From the NCBI RefSeq assembly GCF_029960785.1, contig NZ_JASBQE010000055.1, positions 1-64,000 of the forward strand: a stretch of DNA of 64,000 nucleotides, given 5' to 3'. Source of the DNA: Polyangium sp. 15x6 (lineage in GTDB: Bacteria; Myxococcota_A; Polyangia; Polyangiales; Polyangiaceae). Each line of letters begins with the position of its first letter. The first letter of the stretch is position 1. Under the pieces are notes generated by a model, which had not been told where the DNA came from, did no database searches, and was given only the letters and a program-made list of their open reading frames with translations. The translations under genes were made by a program, and so were the position numbers. Shown piece by piece: positions 42,094 to 51,838 of the stretch.

Positions 42094-42156
42094 ATCGACG
42101 CGCCGCAGCAGGTGTAGGCGGATATCTGCCAAAATGCAGGCAGGCGGCGCGTCGAT
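42094..42156 (+). other. stem-loop with 12-bp GC-rich arms immediately 3' of lon (ATCGACGCGCCG...CGGCGCGTCGAT)
   Basis: Perfect 12-nt inverted repeat with a 39-nt loop that contains CTGC-caaaat-GCAG; no U-tract follows. Confidence 0.35.
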
Positions 42157-42223
42157 ACTTCTCCAGCCATTCCATATGTGCTACGTTCCCCCGCCGCATC
42201 GGCTTTCGCGCGGAGGAATGGCA

Positions 42224-43117
42224 ATGACCTTATCGTATTTCGGGCGCACGCTCGCGGGTCTGTTTCTCACGGGCACGCTCGGTCTTTTGGGTTGCAAAGG
42301 AGCGGTCGTGATCGGGGGCGGCGAGGACGGCCAGCCTGGCCCGGGTGGTCCGGGTGATCCCGGCGGCGTCGTGAGCCCGCCCCCCGTCTGCGGCGCGGAG
42401 CTGCACCTCATCGGCATCTACGAGTCGCACGGCAATCACGGCGGCGACGTGCACCCGCCCGGCGCCGCGTCGGTGCACGTCGAGCGGCAATCGAGCTCGA
42501 TCCTGGTCCTCTCGTCGTACGAGCCGGTGCACTGGACCGTCACCGCGGCCGAAGGCGTCACGCTCGAAAAGGTGATCCTGAACGGCTATCACGCTCAAAC
42601 GGCCGACGTGCCCGCGGGCGTGGCGGTCGAGACCCATGACGGCCCGGACGGCTCGCTCGGCGCATATGCCTATGCATGGCCGCACGCCGAGGGCGGCAGC
42701 GATACGCAGGCGCTCGTCGCGGCGGTCGAGGATCTGACGGGGCGCGCGCTGACCTCGTTCCACGGCTGCTATCAGGCCACGCATTTCACGCTGCACGACG
42801 ACCTCCAGGCCGACTCGACGTGTGCCGTCGAGCAGGGCTACACGCAGACGAGCCACGTGGCCGAGAGCGTGCTCGAATGCGACGACGAGCCGGAGGGAGC
42901 GGATCCGTGCGCGGGCAACGACGGCGTCGGGTCTTATACGTTCCGATTCTGCTCCGAGGATCAAGGCGGCGGGGGGTTCATGCCCGACGTCTCCTGCCAG
43001 GATGCGCTCCAGAAATGCCTGCTCAATCCGGACCCGCAGATCAGCAAGATCTGTCGTTTCAACGGCGAGGTCATCCACAAGACCGAGCTCGTGCCCGGCG
43101 CCTGCGACGGGTATTGA
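42224..43117 (+). CDS. lipoprotein, hypothetical, 297 aa
   Basis: GGAGGA 6 nt before the ATG at 42224. Signal peptide MTLSYFGRTLAGLFLTGTLGLLGC lipobox. Confidence 0.55.
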   Translation: MTLSYFGRTLAGLFLTGTLGLLGCKGAVVIGGGEDGQPGPGGPGDPGGVVSPPPVCGAELHLIGIYESHGNHGGDVHPPGAASVHVERQSSSILVLSSYEPVHWTVTAAEGVTLEKVILNGYHAQTADVPAGVAVETHDGPDGSLGAYAYAWPHAEGGSDTQALVAAVEDLTGRALTSFHGCYQATHFTLHDDLQADSTCAVEQGYTQTSHVAESVLECDDEPEGADPCAGNDGVGSYTFRFCSEDQGGGGFMPDVSCQDALQKCLLNPDPQISKICRFNGEVIHKTELVPGACDGY

Positions 43118-43319
43118 TTTCGATACCACCGATTGACGCCCGCCGGGCTCGCCCGCTCGCGGCTCGCGCGCGGGCTCTTCGTGTCAACACAAAAAGCGCG
43201 GCTCGCTGGATCGAGCTCCGGCAGGCGGGCTTTCATGCTGCGACGCGGCGGCCGATGAGAAAAATCGTTCGCAGCAGAGGCACATAGCCCACGCGCGGTC
43301 GCCATGGTAGAGGCCGTGC

Positions 43320-44570
43320 GTGAGTCCTGTCACCCCCCAGCTCCGCCGTCTCTATGCGACCACGTTACCGTTCGGGATTGCGTGCGGCATCTCGATCGGG
43401 CTCACGGCGGTGCACCTGAACCGGCTGGGGTACTCGAAGGATTCGATCGGCTTTCTGGCCCTCTTCTTCGGCGGGGGGCTCGTGGCCTTCGCGCTCCCGG
43501 TCGGGGCGATCATTCGCCGGTTTTCGGCCGAACGAGTCCTAGCCGCGTCGCTCCTCGGGTACGCGGGCTGCCTCGCCGCCTTCCCGTTCGCGAAGACCTT
43601 CGCCCAGGTCGCGGCCGTGCGCTTCGTCGACGGCCTGTTCACGATCGGCATATGGGTCAGCTCCGAGACGGTGCTGCTCGCGCAAGCCCGGAAGGAGCAC
43701 AAGGCGTACCTCACGACCCTTTATGCGATATGGCTCGCGAGCGGATACGTGGCCGGTCCGCTCATGGCGACGGGCATGGATCGGTTCGTTCCTGCGACCG
43801 TCTCGTTCGGCGTGGCCGCCCTGTTCGCGCTCGGCGCCGGCCTTTACGTGGCCCTGAAGATGCCGCCGGCGCCGCCGGTCGAGGGCGCGAGCGCGGATGA
43901 GGAGACGGAGGGCGAAAAGGGCTCGGAGCTCTCGGCCGCCACGATCCTGTGGCGCATCAAGACCTCGTGCTTCGCCTCGTTCTCGTACGGCTACTTTCAG
44001 GCGGCCGTGGTGATTTTCCTGCCGCTTTACCTCATCGAGTCGAAGGGGATTCCCGAGAACCGCACGATCGTGCTGCCGGGGCTGTTTTGCCTCGGCATGA
44101 TGATCTTCTCGAACGTGGCGGGCCGGGTCGCGGACCGCGTGGGGCACCTGCGCGCGGTCCGCGTGCTCTCGTTCATCGGGCTCTGCTGCGTGGCGGGCTT
44201 CATCTACGCCGACAACTATTGGCTCATGCTCGCCATCGTCTTCGGGACGGGCGGGTCGTTCGCGTCGATGTCGCCGGTCGCGCTCGCGCTCACGGGCGTC
44301 ATCGTCGAGCCGCGCGATTACAGCCGGGCAAACTCGATTTACAACATGTTCTACGCGGCGGGCATCCTCTCGGGCCCGCTCGTCGCGAGCCAGATTTTCC
44401 AGCGCCTCGGCGGGGTCGCGATGCTCTACCACCACGTGGCGATGTGGGCCGCGTTCGTGCTGTTCACCGTGATCTTCATGTACGACGATCCGGCGGCGCG
44501 GCGGCGGCGGGACCCAAAAGACGCAGGCGACCCTGACCCGACGGAGCTGCCGGGCGGCGCTGCGGGTTGA
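43320..44570 (+). CDS. MFS transporter
   Basis: Twelve predicted hydrophobic segments; MFS-type loop motifs (GRVADRVGHLR). Confidence 0.8.
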   Translation: MSPVTPQLRRLYATTLPFGIACGISIGLTAVHLNRLGYSKDSIGFLALFFGGGLVAFALPVGAIIRRFSAERVLAASLLGYAGCLAAFPFAKTFAQVAAVRFVDGLFTIGIWVSSETVLLAQARKEHKAYLTTLYAIWLASGYVAGPLMATGMDRFVPATVSFGVAALFALGAGLYVALKMPPAPPVEGASADEETEGEKGSELSAATILWRIKTSCFASFSYGYFQAAVVIFLPLYLIESKGIPENRTIVLPGLFCLGMMIFSNVAGRVADRVGHLRAVRVLSFIGLCCVAGFIYADNYWLMLAIVFGTGGSFASMSPVALALTGVIVEPRDYSRANSIYNMFYAAGILSGPLVASQIFQRLGGVAMLYHHVAMWAAFVLFTVIFMYDDPAARRRRDPKDAGDPDPTELPGGAAG

Positions 44571-44573
44571 TCG

Positions 44574-45872
44574 TCACGAAGCCGGGGCTCGGACGTCGAC
44601 GAGCTCGGGCGCGGGGACCTGCGCGAGCCGCATCGGCGGCAGCTTGCCGTACGTCGCGGCGCGCCACAGCCATTCGAGCGGGCCATAGCGGAAACGCGCG
44701 AGCCAGAATCGGCTCCAGACGACCTGCACGGCGAAGATCGCCACCGCGATCCCGGTCCCGAGGAGCGGGCCGACTTTGCCGTACCAGCCGAATCCGTAAC
44801 TATAAAAGAGCGTGGTCGCGATAAGGCTCTGCGTCAGGTAATTCGTGAGCGGCATGCGCCCCGGGCTCGCGAGCACGAGGAGCACGCGCTTGCCGCGGTC
44901 GGTCTGGAGCAGGAGCGCGATCGCTGCGATGTAAGCGATGCAGAGCAGGGGCCGGTTCACCCGGAAGAGCAGGTCGGCGGCGAAGCCGTACCAGGTCCAG
45001 CCTTCCGGCGGGGGCATGGGTCGGAACGCGAAGAGCAGAGAAAAACCCACCGACGCGGCGATTCCGAGGCTCAGCGAGATCCAGAGGACCTTGCGAATCC
45101 GCGGGAGGTTGCTCGCGACGTCCTCGAGCAGCCGCTTTTTGCCCGCGTAGAGCCCGAGGAGCATCGTGACGAACACCGAGAGATACCACCAGATCATACC
45201 GTGGCCGAGCCGGATCATGGCGTACGCATCCGCGAAAATCGCGAGCCGCGCCCCGATTTGTTCGAGATACGTCCCCGTCGAGTAGATCCGCATGTGCTCA
45301 TGCGCCATGGCGACCCAGAAGGATAGCGGATGCGGGGGCGCTTCTTGCAGAAGGAGCCCGATCATGCTGCGCACGGTCGGCGCGAGGAACGCGATCGCGA
45401 TGAGCCCGAAGACGAGCCGATCGGAGGCGCGGCGCAAGGCGAGCAAGAAGAGCCCGAGGACCGCATACGTGTGCAGCACGTCCCCGTTCCAGAGGAAGAT
45501 CGCGTGCGCGGCGCCCACGAGGAAAAGCACGGCGACACGTCGCAGGTAGAGAGGCGTGAGGCGCGCGCCGCTCGCCTCGGCGCGCTGCATCTGGACAGTC
45601 AGCCCGAGGCCGAACAGGAACGAGAAAATCGAGTTGGCCTTGCCCGCGAACACGATCGACGTGACGGTCTCGGCCACCCGGTCGTACAAGCGCGGGAAGT
45701 AGTGTTCGTCGAGCGCGCTGATGCCGTCGGGCACGCTGAAGCCCGGCATGTTCATCACGATGATGCCGAGCAGGGCGAACCCGCGAAGGACGTCGAGGAG
45801 CGGGTTGCGTTCCTCCGGGGCGACGGGTGTGAGCGGGGGGGCGCCCTCCGTCTCGCTTTGTTCCTCTGCCAT
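44574..45872 (-). CDS. DUF418 (YeiB-like) membrane protein
   Basis: Polytopic membrane protein. Start at the ATG at 45872 (MAEEQSETEG) preceded by GGTGGAGG; the six-frame ORF begins at 45986 and reads through the tandem duplication. Confidence 0.75.
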   Translation of the reverse strand: MAEEQSETEGAPPLTPVAPEERNPLLDVLRGFALLGIIVMNMPGFSVPDGISALDEHYFPRLYDRVAETVTSIVFAGKANSIFSFLFGLGLTVQMQRAEASGARLTPLYLRRVAVLFLVGAAHAIFLWNGDVLHTYAVLGLFLLALRRASDRLVFGLIAIAFLAPTVRSMIGLLLQEAPPHPLSFWVAMAHEHMRIYSTGTYLEQIGARLAIFADAYAMIRLGHGMIWWYLSVFVTMLLGLYAGKKRLLEDVASNLPRIRKVLWISLSLGIAASVGFSLLFAFRPMPPPEGWTWYGFAADLLFRVNRPLLCIAYIAAIALLLQTDRGKRVLLVLASPGRMPLTNYLTQSLIATTLFYSYGFGWYGKVGPLLGTGIAVAIFAVQVVWSRFWLARFRYGPLEWLWRAATYGKLPPMRLAQVPAPELVDVRAPAS

Positions 45873-45960
45873 GGTGGGGACCTCCACCGATGTAGAGTCA
45901 CTCCGCCTTGCTTTGTTCCTCTGCCATGGTGGGGACCTCCACCGATGTAGAGTCACTCCG
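45851..45960 (-). repeat. perfect 55-bp tandem duplication (2 copies) spanning the RBS and start codon of the DUF418 gene
   Basis: [tctcg/ccttg]ctttgttcctctgccatggtggggacctccaccgatgtagagtcactccg appears twice head-to-tail. Confidence 0.8.
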
Positions 45961-46037
45961 GGCGCGATGTGAACGAAAAAGCGCACTCGGGCCTCCTTCT
46001 CCGGGTTGATCCCGGCGTGAGGCCCTCGGACTGGCCG

Positions 46038-46724
46038 TCAGCTATGCTGAAACGCGGATTGGCCGGCCAGCACGCGCTCGGCCTCGGTCTCGTCGAGCAG
46101 GATGTAGCCGCCGCGCTCTCTGTCGTAGACGTGCACGTCGCCCGTCGCGACGTCGAACCACCAGCCGTGCAGCGTGATCGCGCCCTCGTCCACGAGCTTG
46201 CGGACGTTCGCATAGCTCGCGATGTGCTCGAGCTGCTGGAGGACGTTGGCCTGGGAGAGGCGGTCGACGGCCGGCAGGTCGTCCTTGATGAAGGGCGAGC
46301 GCACGAGGCGCGCAAAGGCAGATTCACCGTGCGCGAGCCAGGCCCGGAGGTTCGGCAAGGCGCTGTAGTTCTCGCGGCCGTTGAGGATGGCCTCGATGGC
46401 GCCGCAGCGAGAATGGCCACAGACGACGATGTGCCTGATCTTGAGCTTGGCCAGGCTGAACTCGATGGCCGAAGCCTCGGAGACGTCGCCCACGGAGATG
46501 CCGGACTCAGTGGCCGGCGCGACCAGGTTGCCGACGCTCCGAACCACGAAGAGGTCCCCCGGGTCGGTGGAGACCATCAGGTTCGGGACCACACGGCTGT
46601 CGGCGCAAGCAAAGAAGAGGACGTCGGGCTTCTGCCCCCGCTCCGCGAGCTGCTTGAAGAGCGGAGCCAGGCCGGGGAGCTTGTTCTTGCGAAAGTCGAT
46701 GAGGCCGCGGATCAACTTTTCCAT
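46038..46724 (-). CDS. beta-class carbonic anhydrase
   Basis: CADSRVVPN and HSRCGA zinc-ligand motifs. Start trimmed to the ATG at 46724 (MEKLIRG...). Confidence 0.85.
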   Translation of the reverse strand: MEKLIRGLIDFRKNKLPGLAPLFKQLAERGQKPDVLFFACADSRVVPNLMVSTDPGDLFVVRSVGNLVAPATESGISVGDVSEASAIEFSLAKLKIRHIVVCGHSRCGAIEAILNGRENYSALPNLRAWLAHGESAFARLVRSPFIKDDLPAVDRLSQANVLQQLEHIASYANVRKLVDEGAITLHGWWFDVATGDVHVYDRERGGYILLDETEAERVLAGQSAFQHS

Positions 46725-46791
46725 GACCGCGGAAGATAGACCAGACGTAATTGGTGAGCCAACGAAATAGTTGGCAACGCAAACTAATTTC

Positions 46792-47625
46792 TTACGAGGT
46801 CGATGGGTCGGCCTCCGCGGCAAGGCAGGCGACGAACCCCTCGCGGTACGTCGGGTAATCGAGGGAAACCCTTAGCTCTCGTCGAATCTTCCCGGCGTCG
46901 ACGCGGCGGTCGTTCCGGAGGGTCGGGGGAAGGTGATCCCTCGAGACCTCGATGGGTCGCGGGACGCCGAGCCGCGCGCAGAGCCAGTCGATGACCTCGG
47001 ACTGAGGGACGGGCGCGTCGTCGGCGACCACGAAGACCTCGCCTTTCGGGGCGCGCGCGAGCGCGGCGAGGGCGAGGCGCGCGAGGTCCTCCACGTGGAT
47101 GCGGCTGATGACGGCGTGGCCGCCTTCGGCGATCTTGTGTTCGCCTCGCGCGAGCCGGACGTGGAGGCCCCGACCCGGGCCATAAATGGCCGCCGCGCGG
47201 AGGACGATCCCGCCGGCCGCGCGCACGAGGGTCTCGGCCCGGAGGCGAGCGGCGGCGCGAGGTTCACGGGGATCCACCGGGGTCTCCTCGTCGATCCGGC
47301 CCGCGGCGCTGCCATAGACGCCGGTCGAGGAGAGGTAGACCGCGGACGCGGCGCGGGAGAGCAGGGGCAAGAGGGCGGTGTCGGTCGCGTCGTCGGGCGG
47401 GTAGGTGACGAGGACGCGCGTGTCCTCGCGGAGGAGCGGCAAGACGAGAACTTCGTCGAGGCGGGGCACGAGGCGGACGTCGACGCCGAGCTCGGACAAG
47501 GCGGCGGCACGCTCGGGGGAGCGGGTCGTGCCCACGACACGGATGCCCGCGGCGAGGGCCTGCCTCGCGGCGTACGTTCCCGTAAAACCACAGCCGAGGA
47601 TGACGAGTGTTTCCGAGGCGTCCAC
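46792..47625 (-). CDS. NAD(P)-dependent epimerase / SDR-family oxidoreductase
   Basis: GTG start at 47625 after GGAGCG. Rossmann motif ILGCGFTGTYAARQAL. The upstream part of the six-frame ORF is Arg-rich junk. Confidence 0.7.
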   Translation of the reverse strand: MDASETLVILGCGFTGTYAARQALAAGIRVVGTTRSPERAAALSELGVDVRLVPRLDEVLVLPLLREDTRVLVTYPPDDATDTALLPLLSRAASAVYLSSTGVYGSAAGRIDEETPVDPREPRAAARLRAETLVRAAGGIVLRAAAIYGPGRGLHVRLARGEHKIAEGGHAVISRIHVEDLARLALAALARAPKGEVFVVADDAPVPQSEVIDWLCARLGVPRPIEVSRDHLPPTLRNDRRVDAGKIRRELRVSLDYPTYREGFVACLAAEADPSTS

Positions 47626-47633
47626 GATCGCTC

Positions 47634-48236
47634 CTACCGCAGGAAAAATGCGCCGAGAAGGGCCTGCGCCACGAATCCGACGAGCGCGGCGAGGAGGGCC
47701 GCGCGCGTGCGGAGATGGTGCGCCCGTGACAAACCCATCGTGCCGAGCGCGAGGCAGCCGGCCGCGGCGAGCGGCGCGTAATATCGCATGGCCTTTCCGA
47801 TGGCCGAAAAGCCGAACGCGAAGTACACGGCGATATCGGGGACGATGAAGAGGAGCGTCATCGGCACGGCATAGGCCACGCCGAACACGGCGAGCGACGC
47901 GCTGAGCCGGCTCCCCTCCCCGCCCGGCGCGGAGGCGCGGCGCGCGATGGCATGCGTGATGCCGCCGCCGACGCGCCAGAGGACGAGGTAAAGCGGCACG
48001 GCGAGGATGGCCTGGACGAGGTAATGCCGATCCCGTCCGAGTCCGGGCAGGCCAAACCGCGGCGCATGGCCCGAAAGGAAGAGGAGAAGGGAAAAGGCCC
48101 CGTGCATGGCGCCGAGCACGAGCATCGCCGCCCGCCCTTCCCGCGCGTCCGCGCGCGCCGCGACGCCGGCCATGGCGGCGCGGGGGCCGCGGAGGACGTC
48201 GAGGAAGAGCGACCAGGTAGGGCGGGAATCGGGCAT
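47634..48236 (-). CDS. hypothetical integral membrane protein, ~200 aa
   Basis: Start trimmed to the ATG at 48236 (MPDSRPTW...). Five or six hydrophobic helices. Confidence 0.5.
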   Translation of the reverse strand: MPDSRPTWSLFLDVLRGPRAAMAGVAARADAREGRAAMLVLGAMHGAFSLLLFLSGHAPRFGLPGLGRDRHYLVQAILAVPLYLVLWRVGGGITHAIARRASAPGGEGSRLSASLAVFGVAYAVPMTLLFIVPDIAVYFAFGFSAIGKAMRYYAPLAAAGCLALGTMGLSRAHHLRTRAALLAALVGFVAQALLGAFFLR

Positions 48237-48291
48237 CGGCGCCCATTCGATAGCGGAAAGGGTGGGCGCGGGAAAGGAGGTTTTTCGTCGT

Positions 48292-49944
48292 TCAGGAAGC
48301 GAGGGCGTCGTCGGTGTCGTCGTCGTGCGTCGCGGCGGGCGCGTGCGCGCGGGTCCTGGAGACGGGCGCGAGCTCGGCGGCCGGGATGATCTGGAGCGAG
48401 CCGTCGGGCGGGGCGAGGAGGTCTGCGATGTGGCGGACGCCGAGGATGTCGCGGGCCGCGAAGAGGCCGGAGGTGGCCGCGCCCGCGACGCCATGGCTGA
48501 GCGTGCTCGCGCCGACGCTGTAAAGGCCGGGGACGCTGGAGCGAATGGGGAAGGAAAAGGGGCCGAGCTGGAGGGGGCTCTTCGCCGTGCCATAACTCGA
48601 GCCGCGGTAGGTCTCGCAATAAAAATCGTTCGTGAGGGGCGTGCCCACGGAGCGGAAGGTGAGGTTTTTCCCGAGCCCGGGGATCACGCGCTCGGCCGCG
48701 GCGATCAGGGCGTCGCCGAGGCGCTCCTTGAGGTCGCGATATTCCTCGGGGCGCGCCGCGGCGGTGCCGGCCCAGCGTTCGAAGGGTTCGTACGGGACGA
48801 ACGTGAAGAGCTCCAGGGTATGGTGGCCCTTCGGCGCGTGGCCAGGGTCCTTCAGGGTGGTGACGGTGAGGAAGAGGCCCTCGACGATTCCGTGGGGGAG
48901 CGCGTGGAGGGCGCGCTCGTAGACGCCGTTCACGTCGAGGGTGCGATAACACCAGTAATTGCCCGAATCGAGGCCCATCGCGGGCAGGTCGAGGTCGGTG
49001 GCGCAGAAGACGCTGAGGATGCCGACGGAGTATTCCATGCGGCCGGTCTTGCGGCGCTCGCGCTCGCCGTGCGGCGGTTCGAGGAGCTTGCCGAAGGTGA
49101 TCGCGGGGTCGGCATTGGAGACGACGGCGCGGGAGGCGATACGCTCGCCCGAGTCGAGCTCGACGCCGGCCGCGCGGCCGGATTCGACGAGGATGCGGCG
49201 GACCCGGGCGCGAAGGCGGATCTCGCCGCCGCGCTTGCGGAGGGCCTTGATCATGGCCATCGGAATGCGCTTGGCGCCGCCACGAGGGTAATACCCGCCG
49301 TCGTAGTAATGGTTGATCATGCGGGCGTGGAGGGGGAGCGAGACGCGCGACGGGGGCAGACCATGGTTGCCCGATTGCGCGGCGAGGATGCCGCGGAGGA
49401 GCGGGTCGCGGATGGTGGCGTCGAGGAGGGCGCGCTGGGTGCGCAGGCCCCACGTGAAGAGGTCTTTCGAGCGGAACGGGAGCGCGAGGGCGCCGAGCGG
49501 GGAGACGAGGAGCTCCTCGCAGCGGAGGGTACCTTCGACAATGCGGCCGATGATATCAAAGTATCGCGCGAGCCCCTTGCGCTCGTGGGGGAAGCGGGAG
49601 ACGAGGCGCTCGAAGTAGCGATCGAAGCCGCGCGGGACGTCGAATCGCTCGCCGCCGAGGAGGAAATGGTCGAAGCCGTCCGGCGCGAGCTCGTGAAACG
49701 TGAGGTCCGAGCCGAGGCCGAGGCCTTCGTAGAGCGCGCGGGCGGACTGGCCGGGGCCGAGCTCGCCGATGTAATGGACGCCGGGGCTGAAGCGATACCC
49801 TTCGAGCGCGAAGCTGTGCGTCCAGCCGCCCGGCAAGTAATGCTGTTCGAGGACGAGGACCCGCTGTCCCGCGCGCGCGAGCGCAAGCGCAGCCGTGAGC
49901 CCCCCCGAGCCCGACCCAACGACGATCGTGTCCCAGCGCTCCAT
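48292..49944 (-). CDS. phytoene-desaturase-family (CrtI-like) FAD-dependent oxidoreductase
   Basis: Dinucleotide-binding motif IVVGSGSGGLTAALALARAG...VLE. The length and conserved blocks are typical of the COG1233 / CrtI family. Confidence 0.8.
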   Translation of the reverse strand: MERWDTIVVGSGSGGLTAALALARAGQRVLVLEQHYLPGGWTHSFALEGYRFSPGVHYIGELGPGQSARALYEGLGLGSDLTFHELAPDGFDHFLLGGERFDVPRGFDRYFERLVSRFPHERKGLARYFDIIGRIVEGTLRCEELLVSPLGALALPFRSKDLFTWGLRTQRALLDATIRDPLLRGILAAQSGNHGLPPSRVSLPLHARMINHYYDGGYYPRGGAKRIPMAMIKALRKRGGEIRLRARVRRILVESGRAAGVELDSGERIASRAVVSNADPAITFGKLLEPPHGERERRKTGRMEYSVGILSVFCATDLDLPAMGLDSGNYWCYRTLDVNGVYERALHALPHGIVEGLFLTVTTLKDPGHAPKGHHTLELFTFVPYEPFERWAGTAAARPEEYRDLKERLGDALIAAAERVIPGLGKNLTFRSVGTPLTNDFYCETYRGSSYGTAKSPLQLGPFSFPIRSSVPGLYSVGASTLSHGVAGAATSGLFAARDILGVRHIADLLAPPDGSLQIIPAAELAPVSRTRAHAPAATHDDDTDDALAS

Positions 49945-50111
49945 CGGAAGATCCTCCTCGATCTTGGTTCTGATGTCGGAGGGGGAGGCGGCGTTGCGGG
50001 GGCGCGAGAAATTCGTAGCTACACATCGCGCGGGGACGTGGCGACGCGGGGTGACCGGGGCGTTCTTTCCTGGCCTTCGCCTTCAGGGGCGGCATGGCTG
50101 GAAGTCGGGGA

Positions 50112-50729
50112 TCAACGCGCAATGACGAACGGAGACCACGAAGATCCCCGGTCCTCGGTCGAAGCGACATATCGGCCGGGCGCGACGCCTGCGCCATAGT
50201 CGTCGTCGAGCCGGAGGACGAGATCGAAATGATCCGGCGATCGCGCAATCAGCGACTCCACCGTTGCCATGTAGTAGACCTTGCGGAGGGTCGCACGGCG
50301 CGCCCAGGTGCGGCCGGAATCGGTCGAAGCAACGATGACCAGGTCCCAGCCCGGCGACTCGATTTGACTGTCCAGGACGCCGATGACCTCGCGGGAAGCC
50401 TCGCCGGCCCGCGCGACGGCCTCCCAACCCATTTGCTCGTCGTCAGGGCCGTCGAGCACGACCGTCTGCACAGGACGTCCGGCGCTCTCGATCGCGACGG
50501 CAGGAAAGCTGTGCAGCGGGTCGGGGCGGACATCGAAGAAGGCGAGGCGGCCCGTTTCCGGCGGCGGGAGCGGGAGACGAAAGCGGACCTCATCGGCCGG
50601 GACCTCGGGCGATGCTCGTGTCGCGGGCTCGATCCCCGACCCGCGGGAGCGCGGGGGAGCGCTGGCCGGGGGGGTGATTGCGCAGGAGAAGACACCCGCG
50701 AGCAGCAGCAGAGCGGAAGCGGCGCGCAT
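50112..50729 (-). CDS. lipoprotein, hypothetical, ~205 aa
   Basis: Trimmed to the ATG at 50729. Signal peptide MRAASALLLLAGVFSC. Confidence 0.5.
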   Translation of the reverse strand: MRAASALLLLAGVFSCAITPPASAPPRSRGSGIEPATRASPEVPADEVRFRLPLPPPETGRLAFFDVRPDPLHSFPAVAIESAGRPVQTVVLDGPDDEQMGWEAVARAGEASREVIGVLDSQIESPGWDLVIVASTDSGRTWARRATLRKVYYMATVESLIARSPDHFDLVLRLDDDYGAGVAPGRYVASTEDRGSSWSPFVIAR

Positions 50730-50811
50730 GCGAGGTGGGTAGCTGCTCTCGTGAGCCGTGGCAAGGCGCGAGAATTGCGCTCCCCGATCTCTCGTGGTAG
50801 CGCCTTTCCTC

Positions 50812-51837
50812 ATGGCTCGACCTGCCCTGCCATTCACCGTCGTGCTGTGCGCATCCTTGTCCCTATCTGCGTGCTCGTCATCCAATGCCGGACAGCAGGT
50901 CGTCCCCAGGGCAGCAACCCTGCCGAGCCCCGCTTCTACGACCAGCGCCGCGCCGGCGTCCGCCGCGACCGCTCCGCCTCCAGCAGTCACGCTGGCGCTG
51001 CGCCCCATCCCCGCCGAGGATGTCTTGCCGGCTGGCTTCTGCCATCTCGATGTTTATCTCGACGAGGAATGCAAGAAAACCACGCCGCGTTATGCGCTCT
51101 TCCTCGGCGTCGCCGTCGACGCCCGTGCGGCCGAAGCGGCACTCCGCAGCGGAGGGACCGGGGAGCTCGCGACGGGATACCCGTTCGTCGCGACGCTGGA
51201 CGATCTGCCGCTCGCCGATCCCAAGCGCAAGGGGCTCGCGGTCGTGGCTGGGCTCTTCGAGCGAAAGGACCAGGCCGAGCAATATCAGGCGCGCTTGTCT
51301 CGTCCGACCGAGCTCGTCGAGCTCGCCTCGCCCGAGGACGCTGCGTCGCGAAAAATCCAGCCAAAGGGCATGGCGGAAAGAACGTTCCTGGAGAGTCGCG
51401 CCAGCGCGGTCGAGCTCGCCGAGGATACGGCCGCGTTCTCGAAGGAAGATCTCGAGAAGACCGAAGAGGCTCTCGACGAGGCGCTCGCGCGGAAATGGGT
51501 CAGCCTGCCCGAGCAGAGAGAGAGGCGGGAGCGTGCCATTGCAGCGCTGCAGCCGCGCTGCAATCTTTCCCGAGGACGCGTGTTCTCGGCGTCGCACAAG
51601 GACTTGCAGCGCCCGTTCATGCTGCGTTATGCCCCCGTGTGCTGCGACGACGGCGCCGAGGCCTGGGTCCCCTGGCGCGCGACGCGGCTGAAGAGCACCG
51701 TGGTGCGCACGGACGAGGGCGCGGTGGTGCATCAGGTCATGCTGGTGGAGTGCGACTCGCCGATCATCGAAACACGCCTGTTCGGCGCGGACTCCGTGGC
51801 GAAGCCGCTGCGCCTGGCGCTGCGTGGGGGGTGCTGA
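50812..51837 (+). CDS. lipoprotein, hypothetical, ~341 aa
   Basis: ATG at 50812. Signal peptide MARPALPFTVVLCASLSLSAC lipobox. Confidence 0.55.
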   Translation: MARPALPFTVVLCASLSLSACSSSNAGQQVVPRAATLPSPASTTSAAPASAATAPPPAVTLALRPIPAEDVLPAGFCHLDVYLDEECKKTTPRYALFLGVAVDARAAEAALRSGGTGELATGYPFVATLDDLPLADPKRKGLAVVAGLFERKDQAEQYQARLSRPTELVELASPEDAASRKIQPKGMAERTFLESRASAVELAEDTAAFSKEDLEKTEEALDEALARKWVSLPEQRERRERAIAALQPRCNLSRGRVFSASHKDLQRPFMLRYAPVCCDDGAEAWVPWRATRLKSTVVRTDEGAVVHQVMLVECDSPIIETRLFGADSVAKPLRLALRGGC

Positions 51838-51838
51838 T

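Noticed and set aside
39601-42132. 843-aa minus-strand ORF antisense to lon
   Set aside because: lon is unambiguous on the plus strand; the antisense ORF is Arg/His-rich with no motifs.
43150-43190. GC-rich imperfect hairpin after the lipoprotein gene at 42224..43117
   Set aside because: One mismatch in the stem, no U-tract, and it lies on the path to the next same-strand gene. Not convincing as a terminator.
48106-50199. 697-aa plus ORF antisense to the CrtI-like oxidoreductase
   Set aside because: No motifs; Gly/Ala/Arg-rich composition.
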